Positions 46,632 through 55,364 of a stretch of 64,000 nt of DNA are shown here, piece by piece. Under the pieces are notes generated by a model. That model searched no databases, was not told the origin of the DNA, and was given only the letters and a program-made list of their open reading frames with translations. Origin of the DNA: Planctomycetota bacterium. Lineage in GTDB: Bacteria > Planctomycetota > UBA1135. Each line of letters opens with the position of its first letter. The first letter of the stretch is position 1. The position numbers and the translations under genes are program-made. The DNA is taken from contig JASMKM010000013.1 in the NCBI GenBank assembly GCA_030749235.1, positions 111,470-175,469 of the forward strand, given 5' to 3'.

Positions 46632-46961
46632 ATGCTTTCAGTCCTTCTCTACTTACTCTTTTTCGCTTCAGCGCTGCTCCTAATCCTGGTCGTTCTTGTC
46701 CAGGAAGGTAAAGGCGGTGGTCTGGGCGGCGCACTTGGTGGCGCAGGTGCCGAGACCTTCGGCGTGCGTGCCGGCGGCGTGAACCGAGTGACCTTCATCC
46801 TGTTCGGTGTGTTCGTGCTTTCGGCATTGGCGCTGCACTGGACTTCCGACGACGCCAACGCCGGTAGTGCGGTGAACTTCGAAAACACCGTGACCAGCAC
46901 CGAAGAAGGTGCAGGTGCAGGGCCTGGTACTGACGCTCCCGCAGACACTCCAACCGAGTAG
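46632..46961 (+). CDS. secG: Preprotein translocase subunit SecG
   Basis: It has two TM helices, with LLILVVLVQEGKGGGLGGALGG typical of SecG. It lies downstream of tpiA, a common arrangement. Confidence 0.88.
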   Translation: MLSVLLYLLFFASALLLILVVLVQEGKGGGLGGALGGAGAETFGVRAGGVNRVTFILFGVFVLSALALHWTSDDANAGSAVNFENTVTSTEEGAGAGPGTDAPADTPTE

Positions 46962-46968
46962 GTTCGCG

Positions 46969-47595
46969 ATGACTGCCTTCACTGCGGAAACGCTGGCCGA
47001 CAACACGGCAGCCGCCCTACGCAAGGCGGATGCCTTGCTTGAGGGGCATTTCCTGCTTTCGTCCGGTCGTCACGCCGGGCGTTATGTGCAGTGCGCCAAG
47101 ATGCTTCAGTATCCGGATCTCGCCGCCCAAGTTTGCGCGGATTTAGCAGCGTCGGTGCGCCAAGCCACCGGAGAGGAAACCCCCTTCGACGTGGTCATCG
47201 GCCCAGCCATGGGTGCAGTCACCTTCGGCTATGAACTCGCCCGCGCCTTCGGCGTGCGTGGCCTGTTTGCCGAGCGCGCACCCGAAGGCGGATTCGTTCT
47301 GCGACGTGGCTTCCATGTCGAGCCTGGCGAGCGCGTGCTCGTGGCCGAAGACGTCGTCACCACCGGCAAGAGTGCGGGTGAAGTCGTGACCATGTTGCGC
47401 GAGATGGGGGTAGAGAGCATCTCGGCGGCCTCGATCGTGAACCGCAGCGGTTCCGGCAACCCGTTCGGCGAACTTCCTTACTATCGTGCAATCGACCTGG
47501 AAGTCCCATCATGGCAGGCAGAGGATTGCCCGCTGTGTGCAGATCCTTCAATCGGCCCGGCAACCAAGCCTGGCTCACGACCTGGCCTGAACTGA
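46969..47595 (+). CDS. pyrE: Orotate phosphoribosyltransferase
   Basis: I moved the start to ATG 46969. Motifs are GHFLLSSGRHAGRYVQC and the PRPP loop VLVAEDVVTTGKS. Confidence 0.9.
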   Translation: MTAFTAETLADNTAAALRKADALLEGHFLLSSGRHAGRYVQCAKMLQYPDLAAQVCADLAASVRQATGEETPFDVVIGPAMGAVTFGYELARAFGVRGLFAERAPEGGFVLRRGFHVEPGERVLVAEDVVTTGKSAGEVVTMLREMGVESISAASIVNRSGSGNPFGELPYYRAIDLEVPSWQAEDCPLCADPSIGPATKPGSRPGLN

Positions 47596-47626
47596 GCCGC
47601 GAGCGCGGTTCCGCCTGGAGCTCCTG

Positions 47627-48532
47627 ATGGCAAAAGCCTCGAAGACCGAATCCTTGCGCAGCATGACCGGCTACGGCCGCGGCAGTTGCGAGAACCGCTA
47701 CGCCACAGCATCCGTCGAACTGCGGTCGCTGAACGGTAAGGGCTTGATTATCAAGTTACGCCTGCCTGGCGATCGGCTGGAGCTGGAGTCGAAGGTCGAG
47801 GCCGTTCTGCGCAAGAACCTGGAGCGCGGCACCATCAACGGCAGTGTGCGCGTAAAGGTGTTGGATGCTGGCTCGGTGGAGCTGGACCTAGATGCGCTGA
47901 AGCGTTATTTGGCCGCTTGGCGCAAGGCCGAGAAGAAGTTAGGCCTGAAGGAAGCCGACCCATCCATGTCGGAACTATTGGCTCTGCCCGGTGCTTACCA
48001 GGGCTCCGAGGAATCTCTTGCCGTCACCAAGGCGGTCGCACGAATCGTGCAGGATGCCACCGAGCAAGCCGTTGAAGCTCTTTGCGCTGCACGAGAACAG
48101 GAGGGCGTGCGTCTTTCGCGTGAAATGAAGCGCTTGCATAAGCGCTTGGCCAACCTGCTTAAGAAGGTTGAGAAGCGGGTTCCGGTGGCGCAGAAGGAGA
48201 TGTCGGCGCGCCTGACCGAGCGGGTGAACCGGGCCTTGAGCAAGGCTAAGCGTCCCGAGCCGATCGACTTGGCGCGCGAGCTGGTGCTGCTTGCCGAGCG
48301 TGCGGATGTACAGGAAGAGACGGCACGCTTGCACATCCATCTAGAGCGCTTGGCCGAGAAGCTGGAATCGGGTGGACCAATCGGTCGCGAGTTGGAGTTT
48401 CTGGTCCAGGAGTGCCATCGCGAGGTCACTACCCTTGGCAACAAGGCTTCTGACAGCAGTTTGTCCGAGTTGGTCGTGGCGCAGAAGGTGGTGTTGCAGC
48501 AGATGAAGGAGCAGTTGGCCAATGTCGAGTGA
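47627..48532 (+). CDS. yicC: YicC-family stress-induced protein
   Basis: It has SMTGYGRG near the N-terminus and a C-terminal DVQEETARL..GRELEFLVQECHREVTTLGNKA. Confidence 0.9.
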   Translation: MAKASKTESLRSMTGYGRGSCENRYATASVELRSLNGKGLIIKLRLPGDRLELESKVEAVLRKNLERGTINGSVRVKVLDAGSVELDLDALKRYLAAWRKAEKKLGLKEADPSMSELLALPGAYQGSEESLAVTKAVARIVQDATEQAVEALCAAREQEGVRLSREMKRLHKRLANLLKKVEKRVPVAQKEMSARLTERVNRALSKAKRPEPIDLARELVLLAERADVQEETARLHIHLERLAEKLESGGPIGRELEFLVQECHREVTTLGNKASDSSLSELVVAQKVVLQQMKEQLANVE

Positions 48533-49091
48533 GCGCGGTCGTCTCATCGTTGTCTCCGGGCCGACGGCTTCCGGCAAGTCAACCCTTTGGCGCCGTTTGA
48601 TCAAGCGCGACGGCGTCGACTTTTCGGTCAGCGCCACCACGCGTGATCCGCGGAGGGGCGAAGTGGACGGCCAGGATTATCACTTCGTCAGCGACCAGAA
48701 GTTCCAGGAATGGGTCAAGCAGGGCGCTTTCCTCGAGTGGGCCGAAGTGCACGGCAAGTGTTACGGCACCTTGCGCGAGCATGTGTTGTGTTCGATTGAC
48801 AGTGGTAATGACATCGTCCTTGAAATCGATGTGCAAGGCACGCGCCAGCTGGTCGATTGCGACCTGCCGCTGGTTACCTTGTTCGTGACGCCGCCATCGC
48901 GCGAGGTCTTAGAGCAACGTCTGCGTGATCGCGGCACCGAGACCGAAGAGCAGATTCAGCGCCGCCTTTCGATTGTCGAGCAGGAGATGTCCTTTGCCAG
49001 TGATTACCAGTACCAGGTCGTGAACGATGATTTCGACCGCATGGAAGCCGAAGTGGAACTAATCCTCGGCTACCGCAAGGAGGCTTGCTGA
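48522..49091 (+). CDS. gmk: Guanylate kinase
   Basis: It has the P-loop SGPTASGKST plus TTRDPRRGEVDGQDYHF and EWAEVHGKCYGT. Confidence 0.95.
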   Translation: MSSERGRLIVVSGPTASGKSTLWRRLIKRDGVDFSVSATTRDPRRGEVDGQDYHFVSDQKFQEWVKQGAFLEWAEVHGKCYGTLREHVLCSIDSGNDIVLEIDVQGTRQLVDCDLPLVTLFVTPPSREVLEQRLRDRGTETEEQIQRRLSIVEQEMSFASDYQYQVVNDDFDRMEAEVELILGYRKEAC

Positions 49092-49627
49092 TGGCGTTGA
49101 TTTTACTTGGTGTTTCCGGTTCGGCCGCCTGCTTCAAGGCCGCCGCTCTTGCATCCACGCTGACCAAGGACGGTCACGAGGTTCAGGTGGTGATGACCGC
49201 CGCGGCCACCGAGTTTGTTGGTCCGCTACAGTTCTCCTGTCTGACCGGCAAGACCACTATGGTCGATGAGTTCGAGCCGCACGATCCTTCAGGCATGGAC
49301 CACATCAGTTTGGCGCGCGCCGCCGACCTGATGCTGATCGTGCCTGCCACCGCCAATACCATCGGCATGTTGGCGCATGGCTTGGCTGCCAACCTGCTCG
49401 GTAGCTTGGCCCTGGCTTTTGGCACCGACAAGCCGCGTTACTTCGCTCCGGCGATGAATCCCGAGATGTGGGCTAACCCGGCGGTGCAGCGCAACGTTGT
49501 CACCTTGCTAGGCGATGGTTGGCAGCAGATCGGTCCGGCCACTGGGGATACTGCATGTGGCGAGACCGGCGATGGGCGCATGGTCGAACCCGACCAGGTC
49601 ATCGCAGCCATCAGCGCGGCTCTGTAA
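49091..49627 (+). CDS. coaC: Phosphopantothenoylcysteine decarboxylase (stand-alone CoaC flavoprotein)
   Basis: Motifs seen are LLGVSGSAACFKA, IVPATANT, APAMNPEMW and CGETGDGRM. I preferred ATG 49091 (a TGATG overlap with the gmk stop) to the track TTG at 49085. Confidence 0.9.
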   Translation: MALILLGVSGSAACFKAAALASTLTKDGHEVQVVMTAAATEFVGPLQFSCLTGKTTMVDEFEPHDPSGMDHISLARAADLMLIVPATANTIGMLAHGLAANLLGSLALAFGTDKPRYFAPAMNPEMWANPAVQRNVVTLLGDGWQQIGPATGDTACGETGDGRMVEPDQVIAAISAAL

Positions 49628-49748
49628 TCCTGATATCCTGCGCGCATGGCAGCCGAAGTTTCTCCCACGCTGCGCGTTACGATGGCGCCCGCAACGAGAT
49701 TACCAACATGGACTTGGATGCACTGAAGGCTTTTGGGTACGCGGACTG

Positions 49749-50381
49749 ATGGCGCGCTACCTGATCACTGCCGGCCCTACGCGCGAATCCATCGACCCGG
49801 TGCGCTTTCTGTCGAACCGCTCCAGCGGACGCATGGGTTATGCCATCGCCAGCGTGCTGTTGGAGCTTGGCCACGAGGTGGAGCTGGTCTCTGGGCCGGT
49901 GAATATCGACCCGCCGGCGGGGGCGAACACCACTCAAGTGGAATCCGCGCTGGAGATGCTCGCTGCCGCAGAGGCCGTTTGGGGCGGTTGCGAGGGCATC
50001 TTCGGAGTGGCCGCAGTGGCGGATTACCGACCAGCGAACGCGTCGCAAGAAAAGCTGAAGCGCCAGGCCGACGCCTCGCTGCACCTGTTTTTAGAACCCA
50101 ATCCGGACATCCTGGCCATCTTGGGGGCGAAAAAAGAGGGGCGCTTGGCGGTGGGTTTCGCGCTCGAAAGCGACCCCAGCCACATGGAAGCGAAACGCAA
50201 GCTGCAGGCCAAGAACCTAGATTTTGTGGCTCTGAATGACATCTCGGCACAAGGTGCTGTGCAGTCGTCAATTACACTGCTCGACGGCGCAGAGGGCATT
50301 TGGAAGTTGGGGCCGGCGGACAAAAGCGAACTTGCACGAGAGCTGGTGAGAGCGGTAGGAATCACGGCTTGCAGCGCCTAG
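49749..50381 (+). CDS. coaB: Phosphopantothenate-cysteine ligase (stand-alone CoaB)
   Basis: I moved the start to ATG 49749 (MARYLITAGPTRESIDPVRFLSNRSSGRMG), in frame with track ORF 49515. It also has AAVADYRP. Confidence 0.88.
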   Translation: MARYLITAGPTRESIDPVRFLSNRSSGRMGYAIASVLLELGHEVELVSGPVNIDPPAGANTTQVESALEMLAAAEAVWGGCEGIFGVAAVADYRPANASQEKLKRQADASLHLFLEPNPDILAILGAKKEGRLAVGFALESDPSHMEAKRKLQAKNLDFVALNDISAQGAVQSSITLLDGAEGIWKLGPADKSELARELVRAVGITACSA

Positions 50382-50396
50382 GATAGTAGGCATACC

Positions 50397-53138
50397 GTGG
50401 CTGCATCCCGCAAGAAGAAGAAGACGACCAAGCGCAAAATCGCAGCGAAGAAATCGTCTCGGCGTAAGCGTACCCCCAAGCGCAACCAAGCTGGTACTCA
50501 ACTGAGCTTCCTTGGCACAGGGTTGGGCGTGGTGGCGACCTGGATCGGAACCGGTGTCCTGGCAATTGGTTCGGCACTGCGTTGGTCTGGCGTGTTGGCT
50601 CTGGCGGCACTGCAAGGCAAGCGTGGGCGCCAACCCTTCGGCATGGTGTTGGCCGCCGCTTCCTTGTTTGTTCTGGTCGCCCTGCTTGACTACGAAACCG
50701 GTAAGGGCAACCTGTGTGGCGTGCTTGGCTACAACATCGCCGACGGCATGCTGACCTTCTTCGGTTTCGGTGCCTTCATCATGCCGGTGTTCGGTGCCTT
50801 CTGGGGTGTCGCGCGCTTGTTGCGCGAGAAGAGCAGCGGTTATGCCGAGTTCAAGTTGGTCGGCATCCTGTTGCTGTCTTTCACCACGTCACTCATCGCC
50901 CAAGGCCTTGGCGACCCGGCGCCAAGCAACACCTTCCGCGACGGCCAGGGTGGTTTTATCGGCTCCACCATCACGCCACCGTTGACCGAGGCACTTGGCC
51001 CATTCGGCATCGGCGTCGTGCTGACCTTGCTTGCCCTACTGTCCACCTTCATGGCGACGGAATGGGCCTTCGTGCCGCTGGCGCGAGATCTCCTGAAGCG
51101 CGGTGCCGATTCCTTGCGTCAACCTGAGTTGCCGTGGGGTAGCAAGGAACGCAAGCCGATCATGAAAGAGGCGGTCGAAAATCGGGCCAAAGCTGCCACA
51201 GGGATTCGACGCCTGTGGCAACGCTTCACAAGCCAATTCAGTTCGTTTGAACACAAGGCCAGTGCCGGCGAGGCCGCTCGAGGATCTGCGGCCGAAGCTA
51301 CTGGAGCCACCGAAGACACTCCTGTCGCTGCTGCCGAGCCGGAGATGGAGCTTCGCATCGGTGGCAAGCCGATCGAGGAAGTCCAGGCCCAGAAGGCCAA
51401 GGCTAAATCAAAGAAGAAGGGTGAGGCTGCCGAAGCCGCTGCTGCGGAAGCTGCCGCGGTCGCAGCTCAGGCACAAGAAGAAGCTGCTCCCGCCCCAGCC
51501 GAGCCAACCCCTACGGCTGCTGCAGTTCCACCAGCGGTGGTCTCAGACCATCCTGCACCCGAAGGGGAGTTCGCCTTGCCAGGCATCTCCGAATCCCCGC
51601 AAATGCGTTCCGCGCGCCTGGAGGACGAGGAAGCCGCGCGCGCCAAGCGCAAGAGGAGGGCCAAGAAGCCACGGCTGGATTCCTTGCCACCGGCCGACAT
51701 CCTCGCCGCCAGTGAACGGGTGAACTATGAGGACCAGCGCGGCGAGATCAATGAACTGGGACGCAAGCTGCAAGGAGTCTTCGATGCTTTCCAGCTCAAC
51801 GGCAAGGTCATCGGTGCTGAGCGTGGCCCGACGCTGACCATGTTCGAAGTCAAGTTGGCCGCCGGCGTCTCGGTGAAGAGGCTCAAGAGTCAACGCGAAG
51901 ACCTCGGCGTCGCACTTGGTACGCATGGCGTGCGGATTGTGTTTCCGTTGCCTGGACGTGCCACTGTCGGCATCGAGGTGCCAAACTTGGAGCGTGATTC
52001 GGTGCGCCTGAAAGATGTCTACGAAGGCGTCAATCTCGACTACAGCAAGAATCACCTGCCGATGGTGCTCGGTTGCGACACCCTCGGCGCCAAGGCGGTC
52101 GAGGACTTGGCCAAGATGCCGCACATGCTGATTGCCGGCACCACCGGCTCCGGCAAGTCGGTGTGTTTGAATAGCATCCTCGTCACCATGCTGCTTACGC
52201 GCACGCCCGATCAGGTGCGCTTCGTCTTGATCGACCCCAAACAGGTCGAGCTGCAGGTCTTCGCAGACATCCCGCACTTGCTTTGTCCAGTTGTCACCGA
52301 CATGAAGCGCGCGCCATTCGTGCTCGAGTGGTCGGTACGGCAAATGGAGGATCGCCTGCACCTTTTCAAGATGTCGGGCGTGCGCAATATCAACGACTAC
52401 AACGAGCTCGGCGAGGCCGGCCTCAAGAAGCAGCTCGGCGCCGATTACGACCCGGAAGAGTATCCGGACACGATGCCGTACTTCGTAGTGGTGATCGATG
52501 AGCTTGCCGACCTGATGATGACGGCCAAGAAGGAGGTCGAGACCGCCATCGCGAGGATCGCCGCCAAGGCGCGTGCAGCCGGTATCCACCTAATCGTGGC
52601 CACACAACGCCCAAGTACCGACGTGGTTACCGGCCTGATCAAGGCCAACCTTCCGGTTCGGATGTCCTTCCGCGTGAATACCGGCATCGACAGCCGTGTG
52701 ATTCTCGATGAAATGGGGGCCGATCAACTGCTCGGAAACGGCGATTTCCTCTACCGTTCGCCTGGCAGCGGCTCGCTGACGCGCGGCCAGGGGGCTTTTG
52801 TGAGCACCAAGGAGGTCACCGAGGTCTGTGACCACCTGCGCGAGCATGGCAAGCCAGAGTTCCTGGAAGACCTTGTGCAGATGAAGGGTAGCACCAATAC
52901 AGGTGGTGCCGCTGTGGATGATCCGCTCTATGAAGATGCCGTCCGGGTCATCCTGCAAAGCGGCCGAGGATCTGCCAGTTTAATCCAGCGAGCCCTAAGT
53001 GTAGGGTACACTAGGGCAAGCCGTCTAATCGACATCATGACCGAGCAAGGTGTTCTCGGTCCGTTTGTAGGCTCGAAGGCCCGCGAAGTCCTGCTTACCG
53101 TAGAGGAGTGGGAAGAGCGCAACAGTCAACCTCAATAA
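50397..53138 (+). CDS. ftsK: DNA translocase FtsK/SpoIIIE
   Basis: The order of parts is a Lys/Arg-rich N-terminus, four TM helices, an Ala/Glu/Pro-rich linker and a motor domain (HMLIAGTTGSGKS, VVIDELADLM, LIVATQRP). A gamma winged-helix domain follows (SASLIQRALSVGYTRASRLID). Confidence 0.95.
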   Translation: MAASRKKKKTTKRKIAAKKSSRRKRTPKRNQAGTQLSFLGTGLGVVATWIGTGVLAIGSALRWSGVLALAALQGKRGRQPFGMVLAAASLFVLVALLDYETGKGNLCGVLGYNIADGMLTFFGFGAFIMPVFGAFWGVARLLREKSSGYAEFKLVGILLLSFTTSLIAQGLGDPAPSNTFRDGQGGFIGSTITPPLTEALGPFGIGVVLTLLALLSTFMATEWAFVPLARDLLKRGADSLRQPELPWGSKERKPIMKEAVENRAKAATGIRRLWQRFTSQFSSFEHKASAGEAARGSAAEATGATEDTPVAAAEPEMELRIGGKPIEEVQAQKAKAKSKKKGEAAEAAAAEAAAVAAQAQEEAAPAPAEPTPTAAAVPPAVVSDHPAPEGEFALPGISESPQMRSARLEDEEAARAKRKRRAKKPRLDSLPPADILAASERVNYEDQRGEINELGRKLQGVFDAFQLNGKVIGAERGPTLTMFEVKLAAGVSVKRLKSQREDLGVALGTHGVRIVFPLPGRATVGIEVPNLERDSVRLKDVYEGVNLDYSKNHLPMVLGCDTLGAKAVEDLAKMPHMLIAGTTGSGKSVCLNSILVTMLLTRTPDQVRFVLIDPKQVELQVFADIPHLLCPVVTDMKRAPFVLEWSVRQMEDRLHLFKMSGVRNINDYNELGEAGLKKQLGADYDPEEYPDTMPYFVVVIDELADLMMTAKKEVETAIARIAAKARAAGIHLIVATQRPSTDVVTGLIKANLPVRMSFRVNTGIDSRVILDEMGADQLLGNGDFLYRSPGSGSLTRGQGAFVSTKEVTEVCDHLREHGKPEFLEDLVQMKGSTNTGGAAVDDPLYEDAVRVILQSGRGSASLIQRALSVGYTRASRLIDIMTEQGVLGPFVGSKAREVLLTVEEWEERNSQPQ

Positions 53139-53155
53139 CTGCTTCCAGAATCAAG

Positions 53156-55333
53156 ATGAAACATCTTCTGACCTTGGCAATCACTGCCACCTTGTACACT
53201 CCTGCATTGCTCGCACAATCCGAGGCAAATCTGCTTTGGACTGCAAATGGCGAGAATAGTCACGATGCGATCGGCCACAAGCTGCACGCGACTCTTGATC
53301 TCAACGGCGACGGTACCCGAGATTTCTTCTCAATCAATGCATGGGCCGATACCAATGGGCTGAATAATAATGGCTTGATTCAGGCACATTCTGGATTGGA
53401 TGGCTCGGTCATCTGGAGCCATGCTGGCACCCAAAACGGCGACGGCCTCGGCCGCATTCTGCGACTCCCTGGCGATGTCAACTCCGATGGGGCCAACGAT
53501 ATCTTCATCATCAACTTCGATGCCTCGACCAACGGCCACATTGAGAATGGCTTCGTGCGGGCGTTGAGTGGCGCCAATGGCAACGTGCTCTGGCAGCGCG
53601 ATGGCACATCCAATTACGAGTGGTATGGCTATCGCAACAGCCTGATGGAAGACATCAATGGCGACGGCGTCAGTGATTTCTTAATCGCGAGCCCAGAAGC
53701 CTCGAGTAATGGCTTGTCGGCCAACGGCTATGTCGCCGCAATCGATGTCGTCGACGGCTCGACCGTCTGGCGTGTCGACGGTGCGTTGAGCGGCGAGCGT
53801 GTCGGCTCTGGTTTCCTCTACGCGCGCCAGATGGATGGCAATGGTTACCGCGATGTCGTGGTCTCCAACTCCACCGCTGGCACCAATGGTTTCTTCCAAA
53901 ACGGTTATGTCATGGCGCTAGCGGGCAACGATGGCAGCCAGATGTGGCGCGTCGACGGCGCTAGCCACAACCGCAAACTGGGTCAGGACCTTCATGTAAT
54001 CAACGACATCGATAGCGACGGATTCAAGGATTTGGTTGTGAGCGATCCGACCGGCTCCACAGGCATTTTCTTCGAGAATGGCGCAGTCACCGCATTCAGC
54101 GGTGCCAGCGGCACATCCCTCTGGGAGAACAGTGGTGCGAACTTCCTGCAACGCTATGGAGCGGCCGTGGAGTTTTCGCGTGACATTAACGGCGATGGCA
54201 TGGATGACCTCCTGCTTGGCAGCCCCGATGATTCGCTCAATGGCCTGACCAACAACGGCAGTGTGCAGGCGGTGGATGGAACTACGGGAGCGGCCATCTG
54301 GACCCGATCCGGCACCGTCACCGGTGACCGTTTCGGTAATTCTCTCTCAATCGTCGGCGATGTGAATGGCGATGGTTTCGCCGATGTCCTGACCGCAACG
54401 CCGGAAGCCAGTGTCGGTGGCAAGATTGAGAACGGCTCGGTTGCGATGATTTCGAGTTCCACGGGTAACATCATCTGGCGCCGCGAGGGTGCCAATTCCG
54501 GCCATCAACTTGGCTACAACGTCGCACTGCCATCTGAAGAGAGCCTCCGCGACTTGAGCGGCGATGGCATCGCCGACGTAATCCTCGGCACTCCCTTGGC
54601 AGACCTCGGTGGCTTCTTCAATAACGGCGAAATCGAGGTCGTACTCGGTCACAGCGGCTCCACCCTGTGGTCCGTAAGTGGCACCGAGAGCGATGTCCGT
54701 CTAGGTGACATCCTTGATGTGGAAGATGACCTGGATGGCGACGGCGTCATCGACCTACTGTCCGCCAGCCGCTACAGCGATGTCGCCGGTTACTCCAACA
54801 ACGGTTCGATTTTCGCCTTCGGTGGTGCAGATGGGACAGAGCTTTGGATGCACCCCGGCGGTGCAAATGATGAGTACTTCGGCAATGCGCGAGGCACCAT
54901 CATCGCCTTTGATGTCGATGGCGACGGTCACAACGAAGTCCTTGCGGGAACGCCGTTGGCCAACGTCGATGGCCTCGTCGATAATGGGTATGTGGTGTGC
55001 ATCTCGTCAGGCATGTCGATGCCACTGGATTCCACTCCTTTGGTCGCCGGTCAAAACGCGACCCTGACCCTGAGCAACGTGGAACCTGGGTCCGTCTCGA
55101 CGTTCTTGTCATCTCTTGCCGGGCCGGCGCATAACCACATCGGGCAGACTCAGATTTGGGTCGGCCTGGCCAATCCACGCCGCCTAGCTACCATCGGTGG
55201 CTCGCTCACCCAAGTTAATTACACCACCATGGTGCCAGCTGGCTTGAGTGGCTACACGGTTTGGCTGCAGGCGGTCTCCAACCCTGGGCACGAGATTCGG
55301 GTTTCCCCCTTGTTGGTGCGCGAGATCCAGTAA
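53156..55333 (+). CDS. Secreted FG-GAP (integrin-alpha-like) repeat protein, ~10 repeats plus a C-terminal beta module
   Basis: I moved the start to ATG 53156 (MKHLLTLAITATLYTPALLAQS). A ~60-aa unit recurs: D.NGDG..D....p.a..nG...nG.v.a.sG..G...W. Examples are DLNGDGTRD, DVNSDGAND, DINGDGVSD, DIDSDGFKD, DINGDGMDD, DVNGDGFAD and DLDGDGVID. Confidence 0.88.
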   Translation: MKHLLTLAITATLYTPALLAQSEANLLWTANGENSHDAIGHKLHATLDLNGDGTRDFFSINAWADTNGLNNNGLIQAHSGLDGSVIWSHAGTQNGDGLGRILRLPGDVNSDGANDIFIINFDASTNGHIENGFVRALSGANGNVLWQRDGTSNYEWYGYRNSLMEDINGDGVSDFLIASPEASSNGLSANGYVAAIDVVDGSTVWRVDGALSGERVGSGFLYARQMDGNGYRDVVVSNSTAGTNGFFQNGYVMALAGNDGSQMWRVDGASHNRKLGQDLHVINDIDSDGFKDLVVSDPTGSTGIFFENGAVTAFSGASGTSLWENSGANFLQRYGAAVEFSRDINGDGMDDLLLGSPDDSLNGLTNNGSVQAVDGTTGAAIWTRSGTVTGDRFGNSLSIVGDVNGDGFADVLTATPEASVGGKIENGSVAMISSSTGNIIWRREGANSGHQLGYNVALPSEESLRDLSGDGIADVILGTPLADLGGFFNNGEIEVVLGHSGSTLWSVSGTESDVRLGDILDVEDDLDGDGVIDLLSASRYSDVAGYSNNGSIFAFGGADGTELWMHPGGANDEYFGNARGTIIAFDVDGDGHNEVLAGTPLANVDGLVDNGYVVCISSGMSMPLDSTPLVAGQNATLTLSNVEPGSVSTFLSSLAGPAHNHIGQTQIWVGLANPRRLATIGGSLTQVNYTTMVPAGLSGYTVWLQAVSNPGHEIRVSPLLVREIQ

Positions 55334-55364
55334 ACCTCAGCAGCAGTTCTGTTGCTGTTGATTC

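Noticed and set aside
49628-49748. A possible missing rpoZ or other small gene between coaC and coaB, since gmk-rpoZ-coaBC is a common arrangement.
   Set aside because: The 121 bp hold only ORFs of 26 codons or fewer, with no omega-subunit-like sequence.
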